Part shown: in pieces, positions 9,092-19,072 of the stretch | How the letters are laid out: each line of letters starts with the position of its first letter | How positions within the stretch are numbered: the first letter of the stretch is position 1 | IMG/VR virus record: IMGVR_UViG_3300028833_000061 | Location: 96,001 to 160,000 of that record | Strand: one strand, 5' to 3' | Length of the DNA stretch: 64,000 nt | Source: a virus | Taxonomy: Duplodnaviria; Caudoviricetes | The notes under the pieces: model-generated | The model's database searches: none | What the model was told of the DNA's origin: nothing | Seen by the model: the letters and a program-made list of their open reading frames with translations, nothing else | Made by a program: the position numbers and the translations under genes

Positions 9092-10300
9092 TTATTTGAG
9101 TTTTTTGATGAAAAGATCGCCATCGTCTGATACGTGGAATCTGAATATTCTTCCATTAGGCGACACTAAATCTATGTGCTCGACCGGCGTATTGATATCG
9201 TTGAGCGTAAGGCCTGAGTAGTTTTTGACCGTAGTCATTTGAAAAACAGTCTCAGCTACCCCCTGGACTATTACATTTTGAATATGTTCGCACGTCGTGG
9301 TGTATTCATTTGCTTCTGCTCCGTCACAAGTCACACTATAGGTCACACTCGGCGAGGCGCCTACGTTTACATGTACATCTACTGAATACTCGTGCTCCGT
9401 TTCAACCGTGAACGAGCCGTCGTACACGTTAGCCGTGTCTTGCGAGTAATCAAGCTCGATATCTGCCTTGTATATGTAGATTACACACTCGTTTGACTCT
9501 GCCGACTTTTCGCGAAGCTTTATACTTCCGCAAATCTTTGCTTTAGATCCAGAACTTGTGGAATACGTCATTATCCCGTCTATCGTAATCGAGTTAGTAC
9601 TGTAGAATAGAGCTACGGCTCGAACAGATCCTGGACGTATAGACAGATCTCCTGTCATTGAGTCTCCGGCCTTGCTGACCTTTGCAGATCCCATCGAATT
9701 GGTTGCATCTATAAGATCAGTCTCGCTAACGGCCCAAGGTGCCGAATCTGCAGGTATATAGCCTGAATCGTCTACAAGTACTGTCGATCTGAACTTCAAC
9801 GTGTTTTCGACGTCGTTTGTTCCGTCACCGAGTTGTATGGCACCGTTTGCATCTGCCTGTGCGCCCTTTCCAACAGCTACGCGGTTCGACCCTACAAACG
9901 AATAGAACTCAGGATCTGTCTCATATGTAGCTAGGTTCTGTATAAGGTTTGATACTGCAGAATCAGCGACACGCATGGCCGTGTTTGTTGCCATCTCTAT
10001 AGTTGAATCAAGCCTGAATGTCACGTTTTCAGAAAGACGGGCCAGTTCTTCCTGATCTCTGCGGCTTCCGTTTTCATTGACCCACTGAAAGACATCAGTA
10101 AACACGTGGTTTGTAGGGATGACGGAATAGTCAAGCGTGCCTTCGGGCCCGAGAAGAGGTATGTAGTTCTCGTACCTTGGAACACCACCTTCTTTTGTCG
10201 TACCCTTGGTTCTAAGAGTGGCTAGGATCGTTGACGCTGACTGCCCCATAGAGCAGGAGCACGCCACAAGAAACACAACTATTGTATTTAGAAACTTCAT
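9092..10300 (-). CDS. fibre/adhesin-like protein with signal-peptide-like N-terminus
   Basis: MKFLNTIVVFLVACSC; AVGKGAQA/AIQLG beta-roll motif; KAGDSMTGDL fibre motif; C-terminal LVSPNGRIFRFHVSDDGDL. Confidence 0.55.
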   Translation of the reverse strand: MKFLNTIVVFLVACSCSMGQSASTILATLRTKGTTKEGGVPRYENYIPLLGPEGTLDYSVIPTNHVFTDVFQWVNENGSRRDQEELARLSENVTFRLDSTIEMATNTAMRVADSAVSNLIQNLATYETDPEFYSFVGSNRVAVGKGAQADANGAIQLGDGTNDVENTLKFRSTVLVDDSGYIPADSAPWAVSETDLIDATNSMGSAKVSKAGDSMTGDLSIRPGSVRAVALFYSTNSITIDGIMTYSTSSGSKAKICGSIKLREKSAESNECVIYIYKADIELDYSQDTANVYDGSFTVETEHEYSVDVHVNVGASPSVTYSVTCDGAEANEYTTTCEHIQNVIVQGVAETVFQMTTVKNYSGLTLNDINTPVEHIDLVSPNGRIFRFHVSDDGDLFIKKLK

Positions 10301-10743
10301 TTATTTCTCAGCTTTCTTCTGCTTATCTTGTCCCCTGGCTCTATGCCGTGTTTCTTGCAAAAGTCGTACGGAAGCTCATATGCGTCGCGCGACTCGCGTT
10401 TCTCTGCAGAATACGACTTTTTCCCTTCTTTATCAACCTCCATCTGCAGTATCTCGGTGATCGTACCTTCCGGGTCTGCAAACACAAGGTCGAGCGGAAA
10501 ATTCGTATCCTTCATCCAGAAGTTTCGGCTTCCTGGAAACACCATGCCGCCGAATGGCTCCAACGCATCCCTATTTGACAGCCCCTTTCTCTTCTTCTTG
10601 TACGTATCGGCTATCTGCAGCAGGGATCCGGCCTTCTTCTTGCCGTCCTTGCCGCTGAAAACGTACAGGCGGCGTTCAAGCGGTTCTGACGCCTCAACGC
10701 CGCCTGCGGGTACGTTTTTCACCATTTCGGCGAATTTTACCAT
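10297..10743 (-). CDS. DUF192-family protein
   Basis: GLSNR...GMVF...FWMKDTNFPLDLVF...ELP signature. Confidence 0.8.
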   Translation of the reverse strand: MVKFAEMVKNVPAGGVEASEPLERRLYVFSGKDGKKKAGSLLQIADTYKKKRKGLSNRDALEPFGGMVFPGSRNFWMKDTNFPLDLVFADPEGTITEILQMEVDKEGKKSYSAEKRESRDAYELPYDFCKKHGIEPGDKISRRKLRNK

Positions 10744-11042
10744 CAGATCATTCCAAGGTTCTTCGCTGTTGCCACGATGTTGTCTTCGGCAGATTGTGCG
10801 TTGACGACAGTGTCGGTCGGTGCAAGCCTTGCCTGAACTGTAGCGTTGAACACGTCACGCCGCTCCTTGCTCTTGTTGATGAGGTATGTAACAACTGTAG
10901 CGATCGACATGATTCCGCCGATGATCGTAGGAGCGGCCTTCGTGATGACGTCCGCTGTCTCCTGCGACATGCCGAATACCATAACTGCAATTCCGACAAT
11001 GTTGGCTACGAGAGCTGTGATACCTTCGTTGGTTACTTTCAT
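10743..11042 (-). CDS. holin-like two-TM membrane protein
   Basis: 99 aa; two hydrophobic helices and a charged C-terminal region. Confidence 0.5.
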   Translation of the reverse strand: MKVTNEGITALVANIVGIAVMVFGMSQETADVITKAAPTIIGGIMSIATVVTYLINKSKERRDVFNATVQARLAPTDTVVNAQSAEDNIVATAKNLGMI

Positions 11043-11257
11043 TTGTTTTTATTTGCTTTTGTGAGTTGGTTTATTTTTTTCTGTATAGACGCAAATTTCT
11101 TAAGCTCTCTTGCGAGTACGCGCATCTTCGCGCTTTCTACCTGTTCAGCAGCTTTTCTAAGTTTTATTTCGTTTGCAGTAGGAACCTTGTAGCCTGCTCT
11201 CTTGCACAAAGCGCTAAGTCTGTTTATGAATTTATCTGTGACAGGTGTATGTGTCAT
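11039..11257 (-). CDS. small basic K-x-A-containing protein
   Basis: 72 aa with KRA, KAA and KFA; coupled to neighbours. Confidence 0.55.
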   Translation of the reverse strand: MTHTPVTDKFINRLSALCKRAGYKVPTANEIKLRKAAEQVESAKMRVLARELKKFASIQKKINQLTKANKNK

Positions 11258-11916
11258 TTGTTGTCCCTCAATGCCTTATGTAGACCCTTCGACAATATTT
11301 CATTGTCCACGTTCTTAAGGTCAGGTATCCGATTGAACTGTGACGCCATGTCCTGGATGTTCTCTTTTAGATACCTGTCTATGTTCAAAGTGTTGCCAAG
11401 CGAGGCGAGGCTGTTTCTTATGGCCTGCTCGTCAGGCTCTGTGTCGAACACCTGGTCGAATATAGGATGGAACGCCGTGTCGTTGTAACCGTCGTTCTTC
11501 ATCGTAGCACGTATATAATCCTTTATAGTAGGCGAGAAAGGCAGCATATCGCGATTCATACCTATCTCTGCAATACCCCACGCAGCCTCCTCTGTAGTCA
11601 CAGGATCGAACATATCTGCGTATGGCTCGCCAGAGGCAAGCGTGTTGCATACTCCTAGGAAGGCGTCTATCCTTCTGAAGAACGCGTCGGATACCATAGC
11701 CACCTGAATGGCACACCAGCGGTCCATAACAGTAGTGCACGGCTCGCATTCAAACTCCGCCTTGCACTCAAGAGCCACGGTAACAGGTTCCCATCCGTAT
11801 ATCTCCTGCCCGAACCGGTCGAGCAGGATTGCATGCACAGTGGTGCCTAGCGTCTGGCTTGATTGGAGCAGCTCCTGCCTTGCGGCAATCCCAGCTCCAG
11901 ACAGATTAAACGGCAT
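11254..11916 (-). CDS. hypothetical protein, probably head-assembly associated
   Basis: 220-aa ORF in an operon with K-x-A proteins. Confidence 0.6.
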   Translation of the reverse strand: MPFNLSGAGIAARQELLQSSQTLGTTVHAILLDRFGQEIYGWEPVTVALECKAEFECEPCTTVMDRWCAIQVAMVSDAFFRRIDAFLGVCNTLASGEPYADMFDPVTTEEAAWGIAEIGMNRDMLPFSPTIKDYIRATMKNDGYNDTAFHPIFDQVFDTEPDEQAIRNSLASLGNTLNIDRYLKENIQDMASQFNRIPDLKNVDNEILSKGLHKALRDNK

Positions 11917-12952
11917 AGCTCTGGATTGACCTCACTAGCGCTTTCTTGTCAGGCAGCGGAAGAGAATACAGCTCATCACGAAGCTTGGACTCGTCGATCT
12001 TCTCTGCAGTCTTGATCCTGTCTCCGAAATCATCGCCCAGAGCATTAGTGTAAACGTCTACAGGCAGCTCAGCAAGCTTCTTCAGGCTGAACACGTGTCC
12101 ACCCATCTCGACAGAATCCTTGACCTGCTCCTCGGCCTCCTTGATGGAGATGTCGAAGCAGAAACGAGAAGGAGGCAGAACTGTGCGATTGTACTGCTTG
12201 TCGAGGCCGAGATCGTGGTCAAGGTCCTCGATATAGCCTGCCAGCTTTTCAAGATTCTCGGAGAACTCCTTCGTATCGGCTTTCATAAGAGCCTCTGCCA
12301 TCTTTGAAACCTTGACCTGCGTGGCAGGATCCTTGATACGGCTTACGCGGTCTATGACGTTCTCCATTAGGAATGAGCGATCCGGCACGCCGAGTCCGGC
12401 TTCCATTCTAACGGTGTCGTTATAGTCCATTCCGTATTCTGCGCACTTCTTTACGATATTACGCGCAACCTCATGCCGATCTACCGGAAGCAGTTTATAG
12501 CAATTCTCCTCGAAATAAGCGTTTGCCTGCTTTACGCCCTCCTTGTCGAACATAGGATACAGCTTCTTGCTGAAGCATCCCCAGTTCTCGGCATAGTCGG
12601 CAGCCTGCTTTTCCTGTTTTGGAGTGCGAATGCGCTCCATCACATCATCGACATCCTTTCTGATTCCATGGACGTCGGCAGCCTTCTTGATCCTGCCTTC
12701 CATGTAGTCGCGAACAGCCTTGTTCTTATAGTCGATCTCGGCGGTCTTTGCGAAGTACGCGGCCGAAAGCCATGTGCTTGCCTTGGAGTCGAGCGGGAAC
12801 TGCCTGCGGTCTTCGTCTGCAAACAGGGTGTCCCTGAAATCGTAAGACGCGGTTTTCTCAAGCGCTTCCGAATCTAGAACGTACTTCGGAATCTGGCAGG
12901 TGTTGCCGATGTTGAGCAGAACCGCTTTCGTACTGTCGTGTAGTATGTCCAT
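11906..12952 (-). CDS. K-x-A-rich probable head assembly/core protein with internal duplication
   Basis: about 12 K-x-A motifs; RQFPLDSK...AAYF and KLYPMFDK...NAYF repeat. Confidence 0.6.
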   Translation of the reverse strand: MDILHDSTKAVLLNIGNTCQIPKYVLDSEALEKTASYDFRDTLFADEDRRQFPLDSKASTWLSAAYFAKTAEIDYKNKAVRDYMEGRIKKAADVHGIRKDVDDVMERIRTPKQEKQAADYAENWGCFSKKLYPMFDKEGVKQANAYFEENCYKLLPVDRHEVARNIVKKCAEYGMDYNDTVRMEAGLGVPDRSFLMENVIDRVSRIKDPATQVKVSKMAEALMKADTKEFSENLEKLAGYIEDLDHDLGLDKQYNRTVLPPSRFCFDISIKEAEEQVKDSVEMGGHVFSLKKLAELPVDVYTNALGDDFGDRIKTAEKIDESKLRDELYSLPLPDKKALVRSIQSYAV

Positions 12953-13055
12953 TTGGTACCTTTTGTTTAGACGGAAACAGCTTTAAGGCTTGTTTCTTTA
13001 CTTTTTTGTGCACAGGCAATATGATAGACTTATTGAAAAGAAAACGCAATAGTAG

Positions 13056-15800
13056 ATGAAAATCGATCCCAAACTGTTTCTGAGGGCTCTAGGCTCGAGT
13101 TTACCAGAGGATCCCTCGGAACACAACCACAGCAAGCCTATAAAATGCAGGTGTCCTCTCCACGCAGGCGATGATACCATGTCCGTCATGTATACTTCGG
13201 ACGGAAATATGGTGTTTCGCTGCGTAGAGCATACCTGTAATTTCAATGGCGACGCCATCGCTCTTGTATGTGCCAGGTTCAATGTATCAATAAAGGCCGC
13301 CGTAGAGATGTTCAAGCCAGGCGGAATGCTGGCTTCATGCACCAGGGAGCCGATGAGCACCGACGATGCCAACGTATATCTAGGCAAGGCAAATACTCAG
13401 CAGCGTATAAAAAGCTACCTATCCAAATGCCAACAGTTGCTAGCCAGGAATCCGTCGAAGTGCAAGCTTAGGCCAGGCCTGACACCGGCTAATCTTAAAT
13501 TGCTTCCTCCAGAGGTCGGTTTGCTCGACATAAGCGATGACATGCCTGAGGCGTTTTCTGAATTCAGGAAGTCAAAATACAAAAAAGCGAATCTAATAAC
13601 ATTTCCATTCACTTATAACGGAGAGGTGACGCACGTGCTTGTAGTCGACGCAGACAATACTGCGTTCAGGCGTGATATCTGCATAACCAGACAAGGACTT
13701 GGTGTATTCGGCGAGGACATAACTGCCTATACCAGGAATCACACAATAGCGGCATTTACAGATCCTGTTACTGCATCTATCTACTATGGCACCATACAGC
13801 CAACCTCAAGCAGCAGACCGCCTGTCATGGCTGTTTCTGGGTTCCCACTTCCACACTCTTTCTCTGGTTTGCACGGTATAAGCATTGTAGGAACAGCCGA
13901 CGCTCCTATAACTTTGGATTATCTGCTTAGCGCAGTAGAAGCAGACGATGTCGTCGAAGGAGAAGAACTTCAGCCTTATGTAGGAGTGTACTCCTGTACA
14001 CGTGACATTCGCGATGTCAAAGAAGTCCTGTATTCTGCCATGTCGCAGGCAGAGCAGGAGGTGAAGACTCTAGAGCGGGCAATTGCCGACGAGATCAACA
14101 GGCTTGTAAAGGCAGGAAAGCGCGAACTTGTATTCGACGCGTTCCAGCAGCATCAGCCGCCTCAGCATTTAATCGAGGCGGTCGCGGAAGCCATAAATAC
14201 GTGCAAATACGACGAAGATTGCCTGTCTATCGTAAGAAGTATAGCTGTCACAGAAGTAGGAAAGCACGTACTCGGAAACAAGAAGACAATACTTTCGTCT
14301 GCTACCGGTACTATCTGTGCAGGGTCTAAAGGAGCAAATGACGTTCTGTCGAACTTTGGAATAAGGATCGACAAAAGAGTTCGCGGAGCAGATGGCTCTG
14401 ATTACTTCGTCTGCCTGATATCTCCGGCGGACAGGAGCGTTACCCCAGTATACGTAAACATACCCGAAAGTACGTGTAGCTCGGTTTCACGCATGCGGAG
14501 CCTTATATCCAAGGCATTCTCGGCCTCTGGACAGTCTCCTTACATAGCTATGTACGACGTACCTGGCGTAAGCTGGTATGACGTAATGTCAAAGCTGGCG
14601 GAGGGTTGCAGTGTCAGGAAGGAAGTGACCTCTCTCGGTGTAAACGACATAAGAGATATATACTTCCCGAACTCCATAATTTCAACTAGGACGAACGAGG
14701 TTCTCAACCAAGACGACGTTTCTCACGTCGACGAGGACGCCTGTAACAGATATTCTGCCGTGCACAACACGGAGAACGCCAACTTCATGCTGCCGTTCAA
14801 GCTGCTTGCAGAGAAATGTGACAATATCGAAGTTGGAGCGTTCTTGGCTGGCCTTATGCACTTTATGGGCCACACTGTAGTGCTTGCAAGGTACGGGCGC
14901 TGGGCATCAAACAAGGCAAAACACCTGTTTTTCGTCGAAACAGAGCCTGGCTGCTTCGATTCTGCTATAGCCAAGCTGAATTCTGTATTCACGGACGAGC
15001 CTTTAGCAGAGATAAGCACCAGCGCTCCAGTCAGATCTCTTTCAAGGTATAGCCAACTTGGAACGCTCCCGCTCATCTGCAGAATTCCAAGGGTAGACAA
15101 CATACAACGTCTGCTTAAGGCGGTTGATTCTTCCGAGTTTCCGATAATAGGGATCGTGGATTCGTTCACAGCAAGCGCTTTGAACGGCAGAGTAAACGCT
15201 GCCTACATAACTCCGTCAAACGAGGCAACAGCAGCATACTCCATACACGACAAGACCGTACACGACATCCGTGAGTCTTTTCCGCACATGCTCCTCAAGA
15301 TGTGTACAGACAGCAAGGTTCAGGAGGAGATACAGGATGGCCAGGTGTGCACGCGCGCGTTCGAGCACCTGTGCTCAGTGTTAGGCATACCCCCGTCAAA
15401 GCTGCTGCAAAACATGTGCAGTAAGGTATTTGCTGGGGCGGGAATGTCCGGCGTTGACTCGTTCTTCGACAGGCTACATTTCGGCACGACCGGAATAAGC
15501 TCGAAGATGAACCTGTGTATCGTGTACGGGAAACCGCAGCGAGATTTTAGCTTCACCAAGCGCGGACAGCACATATTCGTAATGGAAGACCGTGTTCTTA
15601 TAGGCAAATACGTGGTAGACTTGGTGAACAAGTTCTCTCACAACGTATTCAGCGTCGATCAGCTGAACGAAGAGCTTAATCAGCGTGAAATGCTTGTCGC
15701 TCTTCCAGACGATGTCGACGTCGACGAAAGCCGCTGCTGGTGCATACCCAGAGATATTTACGACGAAAAGATAATTAAAAAACCAATCCAACTTGACTAG
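13056..15800 (+). CDS. primase-like replication protein with N-terminal CHC2-type zinc finger; catalytic motifs not recognisable
   Basis: CRCPLH...FRCVEHTC...GDAIAL is a DnaG-type zinc-binding domain; 914 aa. Confidence 0.6.
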   Translation: MKIDPKLFLRALGSSLPEDPSEHNHSKPIKCRCPLHAGDDTMSVMYTSDGNMVFRCVEHTCNFNGDAIALVCARFNVSIKAAVEMFKPGGMLASCTREPMSTDDANVYLGKANTQQRIKSYLSKCQQLLARNPSKCKLRPGLTPANLKLLPPEVGLLDISDDMPEAFSEFRKSKYKKANLITFPFTYNGEVTHVLVVDADNTAFRRDICITRQGLGVFGEDITAYTRNHTIAAFTDPVTASIYYGTIQPTSSSRPPVMAVSGFPLPHSFSGLHGISIVGTADAPITLDYLLSAVEADDVVEGEELQPYVGVYSCTRDIRDVKEVLYSAMSQAEQEVKTLERAIADEINRLVKAGKRELVFDAFQQHQPPQHLIEAVAEAINTCKYDEDCLSIVRSIAVTEVGKHVLGNKKTILSSATGTICAGSKGANDVLSNFGIRIDKRVRGADGSDYFVCLISPADRSVTPVYVNIPESTCSSVSRMRSLISKAFSASGQSPYIAMYDVPGVSWYDVMSKLAEGCSVRKEVTSLGVNDIRDIYFPNSIISTRTNEVLNQDDVSHVDEDACNRYSAVHNTENANFMLPFKLLAEKCDNIEVGAFLAGLMHFMGHTVVLARYGRWASNKAKHLFFVETEPGCFDSAIAKLNSVFTDEPLAEISTSAPVRSLSRYSQLGTLPLICRIPRVDNIQRLLKAVDSSEFPIIGIVDSFTASALNGRVNAAYITPSNEATAAYSIHDKTVHDIRESFPHMLLKMCTDSKVQEEIQDGQVCTRAFEHLCSVLGIPPSKLLQNMCSKVFAGAGMSGVDSFFDRLHFGTTGISSKMNLCIVYGKPQRDFSFTKRGQHIFVMEDRVLIGKYVVDLVNKFSHNVFSVDQLNEELNQREMLVALPDDVDVDESRCWCIPRDIYDEKIIKKPIQLD

Positions 15801-18800
15801 AACGGACATGACCTCCGCAAAGATCAATAACTTCGCGCTTTTTCTGACGCGAAAAGAGAAGAATAGGCTGCTCCACACGCAGGAGTATAAGACTGTACTT
15901 GGTGAGGCTGCGTTCATTTTTACAGCGTTGAGCGACGAGAATATAAACAGGTTGCCAGATAGCATGACCTGTATCGTAGCACCGGATATAACGGGTACAA
16001 AGCCTAGACAATTCATAGCTGATCTTGTAAATGCTGTAGAAAACGACGATGACCGTGTATACGCTTATTCAGGATATAGGTTCAAGGATGTCTTAGGTAC
16101 GGTCAATGCGCTGCAGAAAGTAGACGCGTACAATCGCATGCCGTTTGTTCCTCGGCATACTGTCGGAGATTCTCGGCCTGAAAAGATAGATGTAATAACA
16201 AACGGAACGTTTGCGTGTTCGGCCGGAACGCTGAAGTACGCCATGTCAAAGGCTGTTTCATTCGGAAGATACGATGTAAATCTCTCTGTAGCTTTCTCCA
16301 AGACAGGTACAGAGATTGTGTGCATCGTTCCGTCTACCGACTGGTCTGATCTTCCAAAGACGTCGAAGCCAGTAGAAGTCATGGTACGGATGGCCGATGA
16401 ATCTAGGTATCCTCTGTTTTCTTACAACGGATGGCATGTCGTTACAGACAAGCGCGCTGTCTCGTCAAGAGCATGCCCGTCGGATCCTGACTCCGTCGCA
16501 GTGATAATCACTACGCATAACAGGACTGATACAGCCAAGACGACAATAGAAAGTCTCGTCAGCAGGTTGAAATATCCAAAACTGCATTGGTTTATAGCAG
16601 ACGACAGGTCAGACCCGGGGCACGTTAAGCAGCTTGTGGACAAGTTCGTAGAACTAGGAATAAAAGACGTATACGTTACTGAGACAAACGACGAGCACTG
16701 GGGACTTGGGGCTTCGCTGAACAACGCGCTCACCGCTGCTTTTAAGCTGACAGACGTCGTACTTACTACAGAAGATGACTGGTATCTTCAATATGACCTA
16801 GATATTTCTGAGTTTGTAGATACCATTAAAAACGATCAGACAGTAGGTGTAATACGACTAGGTGCCGCCAATCACTTGAGCAAGTATATGGAAGAGTACA
16901 CAGACTCTCTTGCCTGTGTTTCTGTTGAAAAATATAAAAGAGACCGAGACAAGACTGGAAGACTGAACAGTCTTCAGGTGGCCATAAGGCATAAAAGGCT
17001 ATTTGATCGTATAGGGTTCTATATTGAAAACAGCAACCCTGACGTCGTCGAGACGGATATGAACTCAAGGTTCGTTAACTATGGGTTGTTAAAAATCCTG
17101 TGGCCTAAAGCATACTGTACATACGATCTTGTGTGCACAGAGAATCCGTTTATGCATTTTGGAGAGTCGACGGTTGGGCATAGTTTCGAGTACATAGACC
17201 CGTGTACGTCACTTGGATGTACCACCGAGGTAGGAGACACCTCCACCCCGTTTTTCGGGGTTGTAATACCTGTATACAAGTCATGCGAAACGCTTAAACG
17301 AGCGCTTACGTCCATAAAAAAACAGACGTACGGCGGATACAGGGTATACGTGTGCGATGATGAGTCTGGCGAGCCGTATGCGTCTGAAAACGAAAGATCA
17401 GTAAATACGATACTTGGTGCCCGCGGAAAATTCATACGAGCAGGAAGCAAGGTCTATGCCGGTGGAGCTCGTGACAAATGCCTTGAGCAAGCAGAAAAGG
17501 ACAACGTTGAGTATATTCTATTCCTGGATGCCGACGACCTTTATGCATACAACGAATTTTTTGAAGAGCTGCGTAACTGCATACACCACAACAACAATCC
17601 AGACCTTGTAGTTATTCCTGCATATTTTGAAACAACTGAAACAAATACTCTAGAGCAGGTTCTGAAGTGCAAAAATATAGAGGCATATTACAAGCAGTCG
17701 ATCCTCTGCACTCCATGGGCCAAATGTATAAAGGCCAAGCTTTGCCCTAGGTTTGAATCTGGACTACGCCGTGCAAACGATGTGTTACAGCACATGCGTG
17801 TGCTCGATACCGTAAAAACAATCGTGCCATTTAAGAAAATAGCCGTAACACGAAAGAAGGACGGCGAGACCACACTGCATGGCACGGCCAAGAAAAAGAA
17901 CATACAGTCTATCGGGGCTCTTACGGGTCTTTTAAAATGTGCATGTCAAATACTTGAAGAGAAATACGAGCATGAATACATGCGGTGGCCCGTAGCCAGA
18001 TTCGTGAAGATGATTCTTACAACACAAGTCGGAGATGTGCTAAATGCCATGGGTACAAACCTTCAGAATTTGATAGATGTCGGATCGGTGAAAAGAGTGC
18101 ATGACTCCGACAACAGGCTTGTAACCGTAGATCTTGGAGGAAGGCTCGGAAATATAATGCTGTCCATATATACATGTTTCTGGTATGCAAAGACGCACGG
18201 AATGCCTGAAGACGTAGTGAAGATAAATGAAAACTATATTCGCACTGGATTAGCAGGCGACCTTCCTGAGTATTTCAAGATGAACATGCCTATATTCAGC
18301 AATGTAAGAAAACATATAATTCCAGAAGAACAGTACAACAAAGAGGTCCAAGTTGCAGACGTGACCATGCTCAATACTCCAACGCGCTCTGTCGATTCTA
18401 TTGACGCGCTTGATCGCGTATGCTTTCCAAAATACGTGTGGCACTATCCTAAGACAGGCTCAGACAGGGAACAGTTCTGCAAACTATTCAGGGTTCCAGA
18501 GCTAGAGGACGAGCTTAGAAAAAAATACCCGGAATATTTTAAAAATAAAAACGTGGCACTGCACGTTCGACGAACAGATTTTCAGTGGTATGCAAATGGA
18601 AAATACATGGAAGATACGGCATCGATCGTTAAAAAGCTAGACGCACACGCCGGAAAGACAGTTGTCGTATTCTCTGATGATATAGATTGGTGTAAAAACA
18701 ACATAACGTCAGACAAGTGCAATATAATATTCCATGAATCGCAGACGCCTGACTGCATGGACATGGTCTTGATGAGCTTGTTCGATTGCATAGAATCTAA

Positions 18801-18882
18801 CCCGTACTCTACGTTTTCATATTGCGCGAAACTATTGAACAAAAATTTGCCACTTACACGAAGAGTCGGAAAACCGGCATAA
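15793..18882 (+). CDS. multi-domain glycosyltransferase (two GT2 domains plus GT11 fucosyltransferase-like domain)
   Basis: GT2: IITTHNR/ADDRS/TEDDW and VVIPVYK/DDES/FLDADD; GT11: GRLGN, HVRRTDF, VFSDDIDWCK, STFSY. Confidence 0.85.
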   Translation: MTRTDMTSAKINNFALFLTRKEKNRLLHTQEYKTVLGEAAFIFTALSDENINRLPDSMTCIVAPDITGTKPRQFIADLVNAVENDDDRVYAYSGYRFKDVLGTVNALQKVDAYNRMPFVPRHTVGDSRPEKIDVITNGTFACSAGTLKYAMSKAVSFGRYDVNLSVAFSKTGTEIVCIVPSTDWSDLPKTSKPVEVMVRMADESRYPLFSYNGWHVVTDKRAVSSRACPSDPDSVAVIITTHNRTDTAKTTIESLVSRLKYPKLHWFIADDRSDPGHVKQLVDKFVELGIKDVYVTETNDEHWGLGASLNNALTAAFKLTDVVLTTEDDWYLQYDLDISEFVDTIKNDQTVGVIRLGAANHLSKYMEEYTDSLACVSVEKYKRDRDKTGRLNSLQVAIRHKRLFDRIGFYIENSNPDVVETDMNSRFVNYGLLKILWPKAYCTYDLVCTENPFMHFGESTVGHSFEYIDPCTSLGCTTEVGDTSTPFFGVVIPVYKSCETLKRALTSIKKQTYGGYRVYVCDDESGEPYASENERSVNTILGARGKFIRAGSKVYAGGARDKCLEQAEKDNVEYILFLDADDLYAYNEFFEELRNCIHHNNNPDLVVIPAYFETTETNTLEQVLKCKNIEAYYKQSILCTPWAKCIKAKLCPRFESGLRRANDVLQHMRVLDTVKTIVPFKKIAVTRKKDGETTLHGTAKKKNIQSIGALTGLLKCACQILEEKYEHEYMRWPVARFVKMILTTQVGDVLNAMGTNLQNLIDVGSVKRVHDSDNRLVTVDLGGRLGNIMLSIYTCFWYAKTHGMPEDVVKINENYIRTGLAGDLPEYFKMNMPIFSNVRKHIIPEEQYNKEVQVADVTMLNTPTRSVDSIDALDRVCFPKYVWHYPKTGSDREQFCKLFRVPELEDELRKKYPEYFKNKNVALHVRRTDFQWYANGKYMEDTASIVKKLDAHAGKTVVVFSDDIDWCKNNITSDKCNIIFHESQTPDCMDMVLMSLFDCIESNPYSTFSYCAKLLNKNLPLTRRVGKPA

Positions 18883-18914
18883 TTACGAGAAAACAAGGTT
18901 AATTGTACAATATA

Positions 18915-19037
18915 TTAAAACAGAACCGACAGGTCCTCTCCAACCTGTCGGTTCCGACGATATGTCCCACGCCCACGGGTAACCAGCCCGCTTTCTAACC
19001 CATAACCAGCAATCAACCAATACCAACCATAACCTCA
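18915..19037 (-). ncRNA. candidate ~120-nt small RNA with G/U-rich 5' region and terminator hairpin
   Basis: only a 5-codon ORF; TTGACA-type promoter upstream; perfect 12-bp stem 18923-18954 then TGTTTT. Confidence 0.5.
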
Positions 19038-19042
19038 CCTAT

Positions 19043-19072
19043 AATTTAAAACGTAAACGGTTCCAGTGTCAA
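19043..19072 (-). promoter_or_regulatory. sigma70-type promoter TTGACA-N18-TAAATT
   Basis: perfect -35 box at 19067-19072, just after the stop of 19077..19889. Confidence 0.55.

Noticed and set aside
19013-19030. Micro-ORF MVGIG after AGGTGAGG within the candidate sRNA
   Set aside because: Only five codons; cannot be supported as a CDS, though a ribosome-binding role is not excluded
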